Assembly: GCA_964019335.1 (NCBI GenBank)
Contig: OZ025761.1
Location: 1 to 64,000, forward strand
Direction: 5' to 3'
Length of the DNA: 64,000 bases
From: Diplonema japonicum
Taxonomy: Eukaryota; Protista; Euglenozoa: Diplonemea
Both the position numbers and the translations under genes were made by a program. The notes beneath the pieces were generated by a model. That model was not told the DNA's origin, did not search any database, and was given only the letters and a program-made list of their open reading frames with translations. Shown piece after piece: positions 1 to 11,248 of this stretch; within the stretch, counting starts at the first letter, position 1; each line of letters starts with the position of its first letter.

Positions 1-662
1 AAAAAAAAATCTTTCTTCTTATATTTCCCCCCTCCCCCCTAGGTCTATTCTTTTTTTAATTCATATTCAATTGGGGAGAGATGAGGGAAAAAGAAATAAA
101 AACAACAAATTGTGTTTAGTTGTTTTAGTTTTAACACTAATTAGTCTATGCCGGGAACGAGCAAAAAATGGTTGTCCCTGCCAACTGAAGAAGGAAAGAT
201 GGAAAAGAAATTTGAAATGGTAAAATGAGAAATAAAAAACCCTCCTTCTCTCTTCATGGGGGGTAGAAAGGCCCTTTCCCCCCCTTTTTTTTTTCTTTTT
301 CATTTATAATATATATTTTTATCCTTGTTCTCTATCTCCTCCCCCCGCCTTTTCTTTTTTCTCTTGTCATTTTTGGTACCCTTCCTTTTTGTTTCTTTTT
401 TTCTTTTTTTTTTCTTTTTCATCTTCCAGACACGGATTCGTGAAGCAAAGAAGATAAAAAAGGAAGCAAACGGTTAAAAAAGAAAAAAAGAAGGGAAACC
501 ATTCAAAAGAAAAAAAAAGGGGGTGGGGGGGTGGGAAGAAGAAAGTGGGGAAATACCTCGATATTCACGAAAAAGGCCCATCAGAAAGAGAATTGATTGT
601 CGAAGGGGGTGATGGTAAAAACTACAACTTGGGGAAGGGGGAAGGGGGGGAATGTAAAATGT

Positions 663-1115
663 TCAATTTTGCTTCATTTTCTTGAGTGCAGATACAGTTT
701 GGGTGTACTCCTCCCCGCTTACGAAAACAGCCCAATCTACATTTGTCAGAAAGGTGGCCTCGAGCCTGTTCAGCTCAGGGGTGGCTCACACCTCCTATTT
801 TGCGTAGTAAGAGTTACTGTAAACCTGGTCAGCTTGGAACTTTGTTGAGACGACAAGAGCACTCAGCAGCACCCTGTGAACAGACAACGATCTGATGACC
901 AACCCCCCCTCAATTGCTCTGTTTATCAAGATCGCCGCAAGCACTACTGCCTCCTTAGGGCCTTTACTGTATTTCACCCATCTCTTAATAAGGTCAACAA
1001 CTGCAATCTGCGGCACTGCCGCAGCATCGTAGTAGCTCGGCTCCCTGCCAAGCTCCTCTTGTTCATCGTTCTTGAGGGCTACTTGTGTCAACACATTCGC
1101 GACAATAGCCTCCAT
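663..1115 (-). CDS. PHO80/CYCU(P-type)-like cyclin, interrupted by a compensating indel pair near 785-800
   Basis: ORF 795..1115 has cyclin-box motifs (HRVLLSALVVSTKF..D..YSNSYYAK). The same frame resumes as TPELNRLEATFLTNVDW and stops at 663. Adding one A and removing one C restores the family motif YYAKIGGVSTPELNRLE. Confidence 0.8.
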
Positions 1116-1179
1116 TTTTTTTTTTTTTTTCTTTTCGGTTCTCTGTGATGGGTATGATGTGCTGTCTGAAAAAAAGAAT

Positions 1180-1217
1180 CACTATGATAGGAACGAAGTG
1201 TTCAGCAACGGCCCGCC
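1180..1217. repeat. 38-nt dispersed motif CACTATGATAGGAACGAAGTGGTTAGCAACGGCCCGCC, copy 1 (variant GTGTTCAGC)
   Basis: Near-identical copies at 45543, 48296, 50538, 59864 and 63648, all in the same orientation. Confidence 0.9.
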
Positions 1218-1249
<32 letters not shown>

Positions 1250-1635
1250 GGATGGAATCGCCGGCACCCCGTCACGAAGACTACACTCTGTATGGGCCAC
1301 ACCTGTTTTTGCACAATAATAAGAAAATTACACGTATCGCCATTTTGCAGGAAAGAAAAAAAAAAAGAAAAGGGAAATGAACCATTCATATTGCATAGGC
1401 GGCTCTGTAGGTGCCTTCCCCCAATGTAAGAAAAAATCTATTTTTGTTTTTTGTTTTATTAGAAAAAAGTTTTGGGTTAATGTGTAACAAAAATTTTTCT
1501 TTTTTTTTTTTTTTTTTGAAAAAGACCAAGCGACAAGAAAAAGAAAGGAAAAGAACTAATAGAACTCAGAAAGGTCCAGAATTAGAAGACTCTTTGATGT
1601 GGAATAACACCCAACTCAAAAAAAAGAAAAGTTGG

Positions 1636-2247
1636 TCACCCAACACCACCTCCGCATGTAGCTGCGCAGCCCCCGCTGTTGCACCCACCACCGCTGTGAT
1701 GCCTGTTGCGCCCTGTGGCGACAGGTTCATATCGTGACATATCATCACTCTCCCACGCACTGTAGAGGAGCACAGCACCTCCAGCACCGACAACAACACC
1801 AGCTGCTGCGTGTTTGTCATAAGGAGCCCCTGCTCTTTTTCTTTGCTGAGCTTCCTTGGCCAAGATACCACGAGGGTCCGATTGGGGCAGGACGATGGGC
1901 GGCTTCGACACCTTGCCGCACGCCATGCATTTGTGAATCATCTCCGTCTTTGAGCAACACCCACAGCAGCCATTGTGTCCCTTCAGCACCCTCTTCTGCC
2001 GGATTAACCGTTCTGCGGGATGATCACATGCGGGGACAGCCACCGGCTCATTCCTCATATCGTGTTGCGGTGGGACAGCATGCGGATAGACCACATTGAG
2101 AGGTGGTGGTGGTGGTCCCGGGACCACCAACACCATGCCACAGCTCTGGCACGCCGTATCCATTCCAACATATCCTGTCGCCACCAGACCACACGAGGGG
2201 TTGGGGCACATGAACTGCTTCTGGTGCTGTGGTGGTACATAATCCAT
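1636..2247 (-). CDS. Hypothetical Cys-rich protein (N-terminal zinc-ribbon-like CxxxxC..CxxC, Pro-rich linker, Gly/Cys-rich tail)
   Basis: 203-aa ORF in a GC-rich island with paired CxxC motifs, on the same strand as all other genes. Confidence 0.6.
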   Translation of the reverse strand: MDYVPPQHQKQFMCPNPSCGLVATGYVGMDTACQSCGMVLVVPGPPPPPLNVVYPHAVPPQHDMRNEPVAVPACDHPAERLIRQKRVLKGHNGCCGCCSKTEMIHKCMACGKVSKPPIVLPQSDPRGILAKEAQQRKRAGAPYDKHAAAGVVVGAGGAVLLYSAWESDDMSRYEPVATGRNRHHSGGGCNSGGCAATCGGGVG

Positions 2248-2345
2248 CCCTCACCCCCCCCCCCCGCTGTGAAACCATTATATCGTCTTGGAAGAAAAAA
2301 AAAGGGGGGGAAAGGAGCATTATTTCGAGCCGGTTGGAAAACCGT

Positions 2346-4022
2346 CTACAAAACAAGTAACTGGAACTGTTTGCCCTGCGCCACCAAGTCGTGTAGAAAG
2401 GATTCTGACTCGACAACGTCGGCACTCCTGTTGTGCTTTTTAATATCAAGAAGCCGTAATGCCTCACTTGTGTCCCCTCTCAAGTACGACCTCCCTGCCT
2501 CGTTGTAGGCCTCCCACGGGTTAGTCTTTATGCTGTACATCCATTCGCCGCCTTCGTCTTCTTTGCCGCCCCTTCGGAGTACCTCGTAGGCCACCTCCTC
2601 ACCCTCGCGCCCGGCAACCTGCACACGGACAACAATCAGTTTCATGTGGAACACGAAGCTCACCTCGCTGTACTCGTTGCTCCCACACACCACACGGTAC
2701 CCACGCTGCCGGCCAAGCCGCTGCAACACATAAGCCGTTACAGCTGCAGGACCGATGTTGCCAAACGACATGAGCTCCACAGATCCCAAAGGGCCGCAGT
2801 AAACCGTCCCGCTCGCCACCCCCATCACGATGTCGATCCCTGCCAGACCCAACACATCATGCACAGCCATCGCCGCCTCCACACTGCTTCTCACGTGGAC
2901 CACACACCTCTTCGCAGCGTTGAACGAGGCGTGCACATGATCCCCCACAACCACACCCACCACACCCCCATGCTGCTTCACCTTATCCACTATCACGTTG
3001 ATGTAGCTCTCAAACCTCTTCATGAACACTGGGGTGTCCCCAACACATGCGTGCGACCCGAGCATGTTCGTCACGGTGCAGCTCACTTTCTTCTTCTCAA
3101 GAAAAGGTGATTTAATCGACATCGACATCCCCAGTGTGCTCTTGCTGCCCGTGCTGCACGTCCGTACCCCGCTGTTCATAGTCCCGATTATTTCATCACT
3201 GTCATCGTTGTTCAAGAAGCATGACTGAGGAAGGTAGGGGCGGTAGGACCGGAGATTCTGCAAGATGTCACTGAAGGCTGTGCGGAGCGGTAGTGGAAGG
3301 GGAGTGCTGTCGATGGCATGCTCTGCAGACTCAAGGTCGAAACGAGAGAGGCAGTCGGCAATGTGCTCCGCCGCTGTGATGACACGCTGCATGGACATGC
3401 GCTCCCTTTGAAGGTCGTGGGCAAAGCCACGAGTGAAGTAGAAGTCCAAGAGAAAAACACACAACCTTGTTAAGAAAGTACCCAAGGAGGTCAAGGCGCT
3501 CACTTCACACGGTGGGGTGGAGCAATCCCAGTTGTGGGCCTCAGCACGGTCCCCAACAGGCATCATGTTCGGTGTATCGATGTCGTAGAGGCCCCAGCGG
3601 AAGGTGTCCTCTGTGGCGACAATAAAGAGCCAACCAATGAGCAAAGTGACGAGAGCAACACTGACACGATTGGGGAGGCGGCACACAAGAGCAGCGTCAA
3701 TGTAGATAACAAAGAGGGGCCAGTGCAGTTCCTTCGATGCCACTAGATGGCCGAGGTCGTTAATGATAGTCGCAAGGCCTACGCAGTACATCGCGATCTC
3801 TGCCAGTTGAGGTCGCAGCCTCTTCCACATAAACAGCTCGAATAGAACCACAGGCATCACTGCTAGTGTCAAGACGTTCCCTATCTCGGACAACCCAAAC
3901 GAAACGGTGCTGAACACAGTCAACACAAAGCTCACAATAGCTCCCGCCAGAAAGATCTTCTTTCTAAACACTTCATATGGGTCGTCATCCGGGTGGAGGA
4001 CAAAACGTAGCAAGCATGACAT
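2346..4022 (-). CDS. Multi-TM protein with degenerate class III adenylate/guanylate cyclase domain, paralogue 1
   Basis: About 5-6 hydrophobic segments, YRPYLPQS linker, cyclase-like VGDHVHASFN and GVASG..YCG motifs, then EWMY. Start placed at MSCLL by comparison with paralogue 2. Confidence 0.85.
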   Translation of the reverse strand: MSCLLRFVLHPDDDPYEVFRKKIFLAGAIVSFVLTVFSTVSFGLSEIGNVLTLAVMPVVLFELFMWKRLRPQLAEIAMYCVGLATIINDLGHLVASKELHWPLFVIYIDAALVCRLPNRVSVALVTLLIGWLFIVATEDTFRWGLYDIDTPNMMPVGDRAEAHNWDCSTPPCEVSALTSLGTFLTRLCVFLLDFYFTRGFAHDLQRERMSMQRVITAAEHIADCLSRFDLESAEHAIDSTPLPLPLRTAFSDILQNLRSYRPYLPQSCFLNNDDSDEIIGTMNSGVRTCSTGSKSTLGMSMSIKSPFLEKKKVSCTVTNMLGSHACVGDTPVFMKRFESYINVIVDKVKQHGGVVGVVVGDHVHASFNAAKRCVVHVRSSVEAAMAVHDVLGLAGIDIVMGVASGTVYCGPLGSVELMSFGNIGPAAVTAYVLQRLGRQRGYRVVCGSNEYSEVSFVFHMKLIVVRVQVAGREGEEVAYEVLRRGGKEDEGGEWMYSIKTNPWEAYNEAGRSYLRGDTSEALRLLDIKKHNRSADVVESESFLHDLVAQGKQFQLLVL

Positions 4023-4412
4023 TTCTTTTTTTTTTTTTTTTCGTTTTCCTTCAAGCGTTGTGATAGCCATGCTAGTTTTCAATATTCACCTATTTCTTTT
4101 GGGTAAAGGTTTGAAAATGCTACTCAAACTGCTGCCTTGACTTGGTAGTTAGTTTGTTGGGTGCTGGCTTTGATGAAGCATGTTTGCAATCGTAGTCACT
4201 ATTGTGGTGTGATGCAAAATGAATGCCGCACGCTAAAAAGGTGCGTGCGTACTGCCGTATGCCGACAGCGTAGCCCCCCCCCCCCCCCCCCCGCAATAGA
4301 TACCATAAATGCAATAAAAAATATCGATCGTGCAAGGTGGCAACAACAAAGAGGTAAAAGGACTGTGTGTGGGGTGAGGACACTAAACTCACAAAAAAGA
4401 AAGAAAATAAAA

Positions 4413-4521
4413 GAGTTAAAGGAGGCCGGTGTTGGCAACGCCCTGCACAAGAACTGTCTACTTGATTACAGGGGGTGCACCGCGGCTGAGTTGTAGCTTC
4501 TTTTGCGTTCTGCGCCGTGTC
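4413..4521 (-). mobile_element. 5'-truncated copy of the ribozyme-headed retroposon-like family
   Basis: Matches 27885-27992 (gagttaaaggaggccggtgttggcaacgccctgcacaag...). Confidence 0.75.
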
Positions 4522-4800
4522 AAAAAAATTAAACATAATAAACGCCCAACTCTGCTAATCTGTTGTCCGTGCTGCTCTTTTTGCCACAGCTGAAGATTCC
4601 CATTTTATGCACAAAGGACTGGTGCCCGCTCCTCCTGCAGGTCACAACTTCCAAACAACTATCTACACACAGTGAGCATGTACGGGTCTGTAGTAATAGC
4701 TAGCGTTCGGTGTCTCCGTAAACGGGGAAAGAGGGGGGGGGTAAAGGTGCCAAATAGCAACTGCCCTTTTTTGTTTGTTTTACAAGTATAGCTTTTCTTC

Positions 4801-4837
<37 letters not shown>

Positions 4838-5005
4838 AGGTTACCCGTGGAGTGGGAAAACACTACAAAAAAATTGAGTGGAAAAGAAGGTTATAGGTTA
4901 AAAAATTGTGGGCTACCGTAAACAGTGGTGAAAATTCTGCTTACAGACATGGGTGGAAAAAAGTTAACAGGTTACTTGTACGTTGTTTTCTCGAAAAAGA
5001 AGGCA

Positions 5006-5092
5006 GTCTCGATTGTAGTGGTGCCATGCGGTATGTGACACAGCGGCCACCCTTGTGAAACTTCGCCCCGAAGCGTAAAAGTGGGGAGGTAA
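5006..5092. repeat. Partial copy of dispersed repeat B
   Basis: gtgccatgcggtatgtgacacagcggccacccttgtgaaacttcgcc is shared with 6040-6478 and 56518-56840. Confidence 0.85.
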
Positions 5093-5834
5093 AAAAAAAA
5101 AAGAGGGAAGAAATGATAGCAAGCTCTGTATTCTTCGTACCGAGTAAAGATTTACTTCCGCAGGTTTTTTTTTTACCCTTTTTGCTTTTTCCCCCCTTAT
5201 GGCGAGAAGAACCAACTACGACAAATTCATCTATTCTTTTAAGGCTTGCGTTTTTGTGCTCACCAGCCTTCCCGTGCTCAGTCCCCGTTGTGCTGGTTCG
5301 ATGGGCTGTGGCTAGTGTGACTGAAAACTACTATTGAAAACAATATGCAGACTGACAAAGAAAATTCCCGGACACCGAAAATAGAAAGCTCTACTTTGTC
5401 GGGCCCGGCACTTTCATTTTTTTTGAACAGTGCTTTCGATATTGCCTTAGGGATGGAATGGTAGATATAAATAGAAGAGAAAAAACTAAAAAAAGAAGGG
5501 GGGGGGGAAACATGAACTAATGGAAAGAAAACGAACGGTAGGAACCTCAGTATGGGAAGGCATGGAATGTGCTTCATATCCCTAGGTGTTCGTGGACCTG
5601 CCTTTCTGCAGTCCGAGGCCTTCGCCTTTCAGCAGATTACGAGTCTTGCAATTGTGATAGCAGAACCTCTGCACCACGAACTATACTTAATATGACATGA
5701 AGCTAAGTATAAAAAAAAAAAAAAAAAAGAAGAATTCTTTTAACGTCAAGGTGGCAGCACAGTCGGCTCCAAGTGCCCATAAGTACATGGGGTGGGGTGT
5801 TTGTGGCCTAACGACACACGGAGTGTGCTTCCCT

Positions 5835-5904
5835 GAAATGACTCGCTTAAGGGGAGCGTTTGCTACGCGCCTAGACCCGGCTAAAGGTCTAGGTGCGTAA
5901 CAAA
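5835..5904. repeat. Dispersed repeat C with a 19-bp-stem hairpin (5859-5904)
   Basis: gaaatgactcgcttaagggga..cctagacccgg.aaaggtct is shared with 33307 and 36070. Inverted repeat tttgctacgcgcctagacc/ggtctaggtgcgtaacaaa. Confidence 0.8.
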
Positions 5905-6039
5905 TTGACCTAGGATTAAAAAGAGGGGGGGGGGGGGGGTTGAATTAATGACTATTTCAGATAACCTAATTTTTACGAAACTTTTTTTTTCCCTCACAAG
6001 TGGTTTAATTTCAAGAGCGAAGCGAGAAAAAAAAAAGTT

Positions 6040-6478
6040 GTCTCGATTTTAGTGGTGCCATGCAGTATGTGACACAGCGGCCACCCTTGTGAAACTTCGC
6101 CCTGAAGCCTCCCAAGTCCCGTAGAATGTAAAAGTGGAGAGGTAAAGAAAGCTTAGAAATTGAAAATAGGGAGAGGGGCCACAGAAGCAATTAAACACCA
6201 ACTGGAGAGTTGTGGGAGGCTTGCTTCACTGGCACGATGCCGCGGGGAGGCTACTTGCCTGACCTGGTGAAGCCACCTCCTTGTTCGATGTAATGGGATA
6301 AGGGACTCTCCGTTGAGGGCGATGCTAACTGGCGCCACGCGTAGGGTGGGCTCTCCACCCCCGTCCAGGTTTCCCCACGTGTACGGCTTTAGAACGAGAG
6401 TTTCCCTTTCGCTTGTGTTTCTCCAAACCACAATTACCAGGAACTACCACAGGGAGGTTGGAAACATTGGTCCCCCCC
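6040..6478. repeat. Dispersed repeat B, longest copy
   Basis: Colinear similarity to 56518-56840. Nested complementary segments GTGCCA/TGGCAC and AAGCCTCCCA/TGGGAGGCTT. Confidence 0.85.
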
Positions 6479-6507
6479 CAAAAAAAAAAACTCTGAGTTT
6501 AAAAAAC

Positions 6508-6790
6508 CTGGCTGATTTTTATTTAGTATGATATTCTTATTTTAAAATTTTGTAAAGTTAAAAATGAGGAAAACTTGGACACCAAGAATATTGCTTCTCA
6601 TTGACCACAATTTTAGGCGGAGCAATGCTGAGTTATGTCGTCGCACTGTCTCTTGGAGACGCCGGTTCAAGTACTACCCGGCCGAGGTGTCAGCGGCCCC
6701 TAGATTCAAAAAATGAAGACGAGAGTAAAAATCAGATACTTTACATGCACGTTTTAAAGCCAAATTTAGCCTATTGCTTTACGTTTATTC
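6508..6790 (+). repeat. AT-rich dispersed repeat, homologous to 60380-60700
   Basis: Shared blocks tggctgattttt, ggacaccaagaa, aaaatgaagacga and aagccaaat occur in the same order. Confidence 0.65.
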
Positions 6791-7320
6791 CGCACTTTAC
6801 AACATTTTGGAAGGCGACACAAAGTTGTTTTGAAAGTGCCCCCCCAAAAAAAAGAGAAAAAGAAATTGTTGTCTTGTCCGCATGAGCAAAAAAAGAGGGG
6901 GGGGGGGGGTAAAGAAAAGAGAAAAAAATTAGAGAATTTCTAAGATTTTCTTCTTTTTTTTTTTCCTTCTTTAATTCTTTGCTCCGCACTACAGATACGA
7001 ACCCTTTTTGCTCATTTTTATTTATTCTTTTTTTTTTAAAAAAATTGTTTTCGGTTTTTTAAAAAGGGTAAAAAGTCTAGCAGAATAAAAAAAAGAGAGA
7101 CAAGGTACAAAAAAAAAAAAAAACTTGATAAAACTTCAAATGCGGGAAAAATCGTCACCGTTCTGCGGATGAGATAGACGGCACCGTAGTCAGAGTAACC
7201 TGGATGAAGAACGCTGTCACCTTTCCAGAATCTCTGATCGGCTTCACTCCTACTTCCACTGTCGGGAGCATGATTCGCTCCAGTCGCGATGCAACACCAC
7301 TTAACGGGTATTTTAAATGC

Positions 7321-9003
7321 TCACAAAACGATTTTTTCGATCGATGCACCCCTCCCGATGACTTCTTTCAAGGTTGTTTCAGCAGCCGTAACTTCTTCAG
7401 TCTTTTCCACAGAGTCAATATTTAAAAGGCGTAGAGACTCGTTAGCATTTCCTTGCATGTATGCCTTCCCTGCCTCGTTGTAGGCCTCCCACGGGTTCAC
7501 TGCCATGGTATACAGCCATTCATCATCACCCTCCTCTTCATTCTCACCTTTCGAGAGTACCTCGTAGGCCACCTCCTCACCCTCGCGCCCGGCAACCTGC
7601 AGCCGCACTGCAACAAGCTTCATGTGATATGCAAAACTTGTCTCGCTGTGCACTGAGCTGTTGCACAACACTTTTAGCCCACGCTGCCGGCCAAGCCGCT
7701 GCAACACATAAGCCGTTACAGCTGCAGGACCGATGTTGCCAAACGACATGAGCTCCACAGATCCCAAAGGGCCGCAGTAAACCGTCCCGCTCGCCACCCC
7801 CATCACGATGTCGATCCCTGCCAGACCCAACACATCATGCACAGCCATCGCCGCCTCCACACTGCTTCTCACGTGGACCACACACCTCTTCGCAGCGTTG
7901 AACGAGGCGTGCACATGATCCCCCACAACCACACCCACCACACCCCCATGCTGCTTCACCTTATCCACTATCACGTTGATGTAGCTCTCAAACCTCTTCA
8001 TGAACACTGGGGTGTCCCCAACACATGCGTGCGACCCGAGCATGTTCGTCACGGTGCAGCTCACTTTCTTCTTCTCAAGAAAAGGTGATTTAATCGACAT
8101 CGACATCCCCAGTGTGCTCTTGCTGCCCGTGCTGCACGTCCGTACCCCGCTGTTCATAGTCCCGATTATTTCATCACTGTCATCGTTGTTCAAGAAGCAT
8201 GACTGAGGAAGGTAGGGGCGGTAGGACCGGAGATTCTGCAAGATGTCACTGAAGGCTGTGCGGAGCGGTAGTGGAAGGGGAGTGCTGTCGATGGCATGCT
8301 CTGCAGACTCAAGGTCGAAACGAGAGAGGCAGTCGGCAATGTGCTCCGCCGCTGTGATGACACGCTGCATGGACATGCGCTCCCTTTGAAGGTCGTGGGC
8401 AAAGCCACGAGTGAAGTAGAAGTCCAAGAGAAAAACACACAACCTTGTTAAGAAAGTACCCAAGGAGGTCAAGGCGCTCACTTCACACGGTGGGGTGGAG
8501 CAATCCCAGTTGTGGGCCTCAGCACGGTCCCCAACAGGCATCATGTTCGGTGTATCGATGTCGTAGAGGCCCCAGCGGAAGGTGTCCTCTGTGGCGACAA
8601 TAAAGAGCCAACCAATGAGCAAAGTGACGAGAGCAACACTGACACGATTGGGGAGGCGGCACACAAGAGCAGCGTCAATGTAGATAACAAAGAGGGGCCA
8701 GTGCAGTTCCTTCGATGCCACTAGATGGCCGAGGTCGTTAATGATAGTCGCAAGGCCTAAGCAGTACATCGCGATCTCTGCCAGTTGAGGTCGCAGCCTC
8801 TTCCACATAAACAGCTCGAATAGAACCACAGGCATCACTGCTAGTGTCAAGACGTTCCCTATCTCGGACAACCCCTCCACTACCGTGCTGAACAGTGCCA
8901 ACACAAAGCTCACAATAGCTCCCGCCAGAAAGATCTTCTTTCTAAACACTTCATATGGACCGTCATCCGGGTGGAGGACAAAACGTATCAAGCACGACAT
9001 CAT
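7321..9003 (-). CDS. Multi-TM protein with degenerate class III cyclase domain, paralogue 2
   Basis: 560-aa ORF, nearly identical to paralogue 1 over about 1.2 kb and divergent in the last ~115 aa. Confidence 0.88.
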   Translation of the reverse strand: MMSCLIRFVLHPDDGPYEVFRKKIFLAGAIVSFVLALFSTVVEGLSEIGNVLTLAVMPVVLFELFMWKRLRPQLAEIAMYCLGLATIINDLGHLVASKELHWPLFVIYIDAALVCRLPNRVSVALVTLLIGWLFIVATEDTFRWGLYDIDTPNMMPVGDRAEAHNWDCSTPPCEVSALTSLGTFLTRLCVFLLDFYFTRGFAHDLQRERMSMQRVITAAEHIADCLSRFDLESAEHAIDSTPLPLPLRTAFSDILQNLRSYRPYLPQSCFLNNDDSDEIIGTMNSGVRTCSTGSKSTLGMSMSIKSPFLEKKKVSCTVTNMLGSHACVGDTPVFMKRFESYINVIVDKVKQHGGVVGVVVGDHVHASFNAAKRCVVHVRSSVEAAMAVHDVLGLAGIDIVMGVASGTVYCGPLGSVELMSFGNIGPAAVTAYVLQRLGRQRGLKVLCNSSVHSETSFAYHMKLVAVRLQVAGREGEEVAYEVLSKGENEEEGDDEWLYTMAVNPWEAYNEAGKAYMQGNANESLRLLNIDSVEKTEEVTAAETTLKEVIGRGASIEKIVL

Positions 9004-10586
9004 GAAGAACTTGTTCTTTTCTTCTTTTTTTTTCCCCCTTCGGAGGTTTCCTTTTCATAAAATAATGACACTTGAAGTAAGTAGGCAATAAAGTCTTAAC
9101 CACTATAATCGGGGGCGTGCCTCAGCTGTCCTTGTAAAAGGGCATGATGCACGACAAGCGAACCTACAACCACATGTGAGATAAATCTTGCGGCAAAAAA
9201 TCAATCATCAAGGTTGCTCTAGTTTGATAATTATGTGAACACGAACTTCATGTACTTGGGCTACTTGTGGCTGAGTAACTTCCACTCCTTGAGTCCTTGA
9301 AGTCATATCGTTCAGAGCTTGAAAACAAAATAAAAGACTTATTACTTGGTATATAAAGCGTACAAACAAAAGCTGGGCATCAGCTCTTGGGTAAATATAT
9401 ATATATTTTTATACATGGCATCGTTTCAAAAAAAAAGAAAAAAAAAAGAAGAAAAAAAACTCAAATTAGGCCAATTGACACTTTTAATAACTTTCTAAGT
9501 ACTTTTTCCAAAAGAATCTTTTTCTACAACTTTTCCGGCCCAGGTTAGGAAAGAAAACACCTCTGGAAATTGGAAAGTGAGTGTTGCTAGTACCCAAAAA
9601 AAATTCAGTCCTAGGGGCAAAAAAAAAAAAAAAGAAAAATAGGTTTTTCCACTTTGCACAAATTCAGTAAAAGAGGGGGGTGTTCCAAAAAATGGACGCT
9701 TTTAAACTTGCAGTTGAAAAGCTAGGGGTAAAAAAAAAAGGGGGGGGTATTCGGACTGAGAAAGGGTAAATGAACTTCTGCCATCATTTTCTGATTGGTT
9801 TAATAGACAACAAGACACCACACGGCGCCAATTAGTCAGACATGAGGCTTGACCACATCACACGGAATAAGAGCAGCTGGCCTTACTGTTGGAAAGACAG
9901 TGTGCAAGCCATGCCGACCCAGTGCAACGTCCTTGGAGGATGAAATAGAGATCAATTCTGATCATTTAGCAGTCTCCGGCGTCTCGCACGCAAACGCTAC
10001 AGGATGACTACCGTAAGGTGACTCGAGGTGTCATATCAAGATGTTTTTCGGTCATCCGACATGTGCCAAACCCACGGATATGCGATTACTGTGCAAAAGC
10101 ACAACGGATGCGTCTTTCGCTATTGCAAACGAAAGCATATATTCTCTGACTTTACCAAAACGACTAATACCCGATTTTTGACCCTAAAAACTGAATTTCT
10201 CATAGGTTAAAAATAGCACTCTTGAGCGATTTCTGACCCAGGTTCTTTCCTAATATGAGCTCGGAAATATAGAGAATTTTTCTTTGAGGGGTGGCAAGCC
10301 CAAAGATGCAACGAAAGTGTCAATTGGCCTCATTTTTTGGGGGGGGGTTTGAAGTCGACCCAAATAAAAAAGAGAAAAAAGAGGGGGGGGGGGAATTAGG
10401 TAACAAATGGGACGCTGCTTGCCCTTTATTTGCCCCCTTTTTTTAGTTTTATTTTTGCCATTTTTAAGACTCTTGCAACAGAAATATAAGTTTTTCCAGG
10501 AACATATGCAGCAGACAGGGGACAGTGCGTAGGGCAGGCTAAGTACCCCCCTAGAAAAGTCCCCGAAAACTGACCCCCAAAAAAAA

Positions 10587-10660
10587 GGCTATGCTGGCAA
10601 GGAAACGTTTCCAAGCATTTTTTTGAATAAGAAAACGGAAACGGAAACGTTTCCTTACTT
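10587..10660. mobile_element. Degenerate copy of the GGCTATGCTGGCAAG MITE
   Basis: Left end matches the TIR of 22529-22611. Confidence 0.5.
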
Positions 10661-10789
10661 TCGTTAAACGTGGTAAACGTGGGGGGGGGGGGGGAATTTT
10701 TAAATTTTAAAAAAGGGTCTAAAGAAAACCACCCAAATTTACTAAAAAATCAAAATTCGCCGGATGAAATCAAAATTCGCCGAATTAGA

Positions 10790-11140
10790 GCATTTCTGAG
10801 CACTTGCTAATGCTTTATTTGTATTTTTGAAAACAGTAACCACGGTTTGGTACCTGAAATCTTTGCAGAAACAAACTTACCATCCTAACCTCGGGGAAAT
10901 GATAGACATTCATCAGAAATGCCGCGCAAAAACAGAAAGGTTCACAATGACACCGCAAGACAGTACTCCGCCGTTCAAACGGTAGCGACGTCCTGAAGAG
11001 CCGCGTTCAAAGGGAGGTATACCATGTCAGTTTTTTTAAAAGTTTTTCGGGAAAATTGAGAAGATCCAGGTACCAAACCGTGGTCATCTTTTTAAAAATG
11101 CAAAATAATGCCTTGTAGGAGCCCAAAAGTGCCCAGAAAC
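10790..11140. mobile_element. Degenerate foldback/MITE-like element
   Basis: accacggtttggtacctg (~10838) and caggtaccaaaccgtggt (~11067) are inverted copies inside longer decayed inverted arms. Confidence 0.55.
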
Positions 11141-11248
11141 GGGCGGAAATCGATTTTTTGGTCGAGAAAGGGCTGTGTACATGGATTAGGCGGCTCCAGT
11201 ACCCACTTCCCCCCCGCCCCCCCCCCCCCCCTGCTATTTTGGGGTTAA

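Noticed and set aside
783-797. Stop-codon reassignment (TAG/TGA) in the cyclin
   Set aside because: An indel pair restores the conserved GG motif, and other genes end in standard TAA, TAG and TGA.
1180-1217. 38-nt motif as a CRISPR repeat, spliced-leader relic or LSU rRNA fragment
   Set aside because: Copies are kilobases apart, there is no match to euglenozoan spliced leaders I know, and the rRNA similarity covers only ~14 nt.
5859-5915. Helitron 3' end (hairpin + CTAG)
   Set aside because: CTAG is not followed by T, and the other copies of repeat C lack this arrangement.
9590-10210. Possible further TIR element
   Set aside because: The inverted match (~9600 versus ~10180) is too degenerate to define ends.
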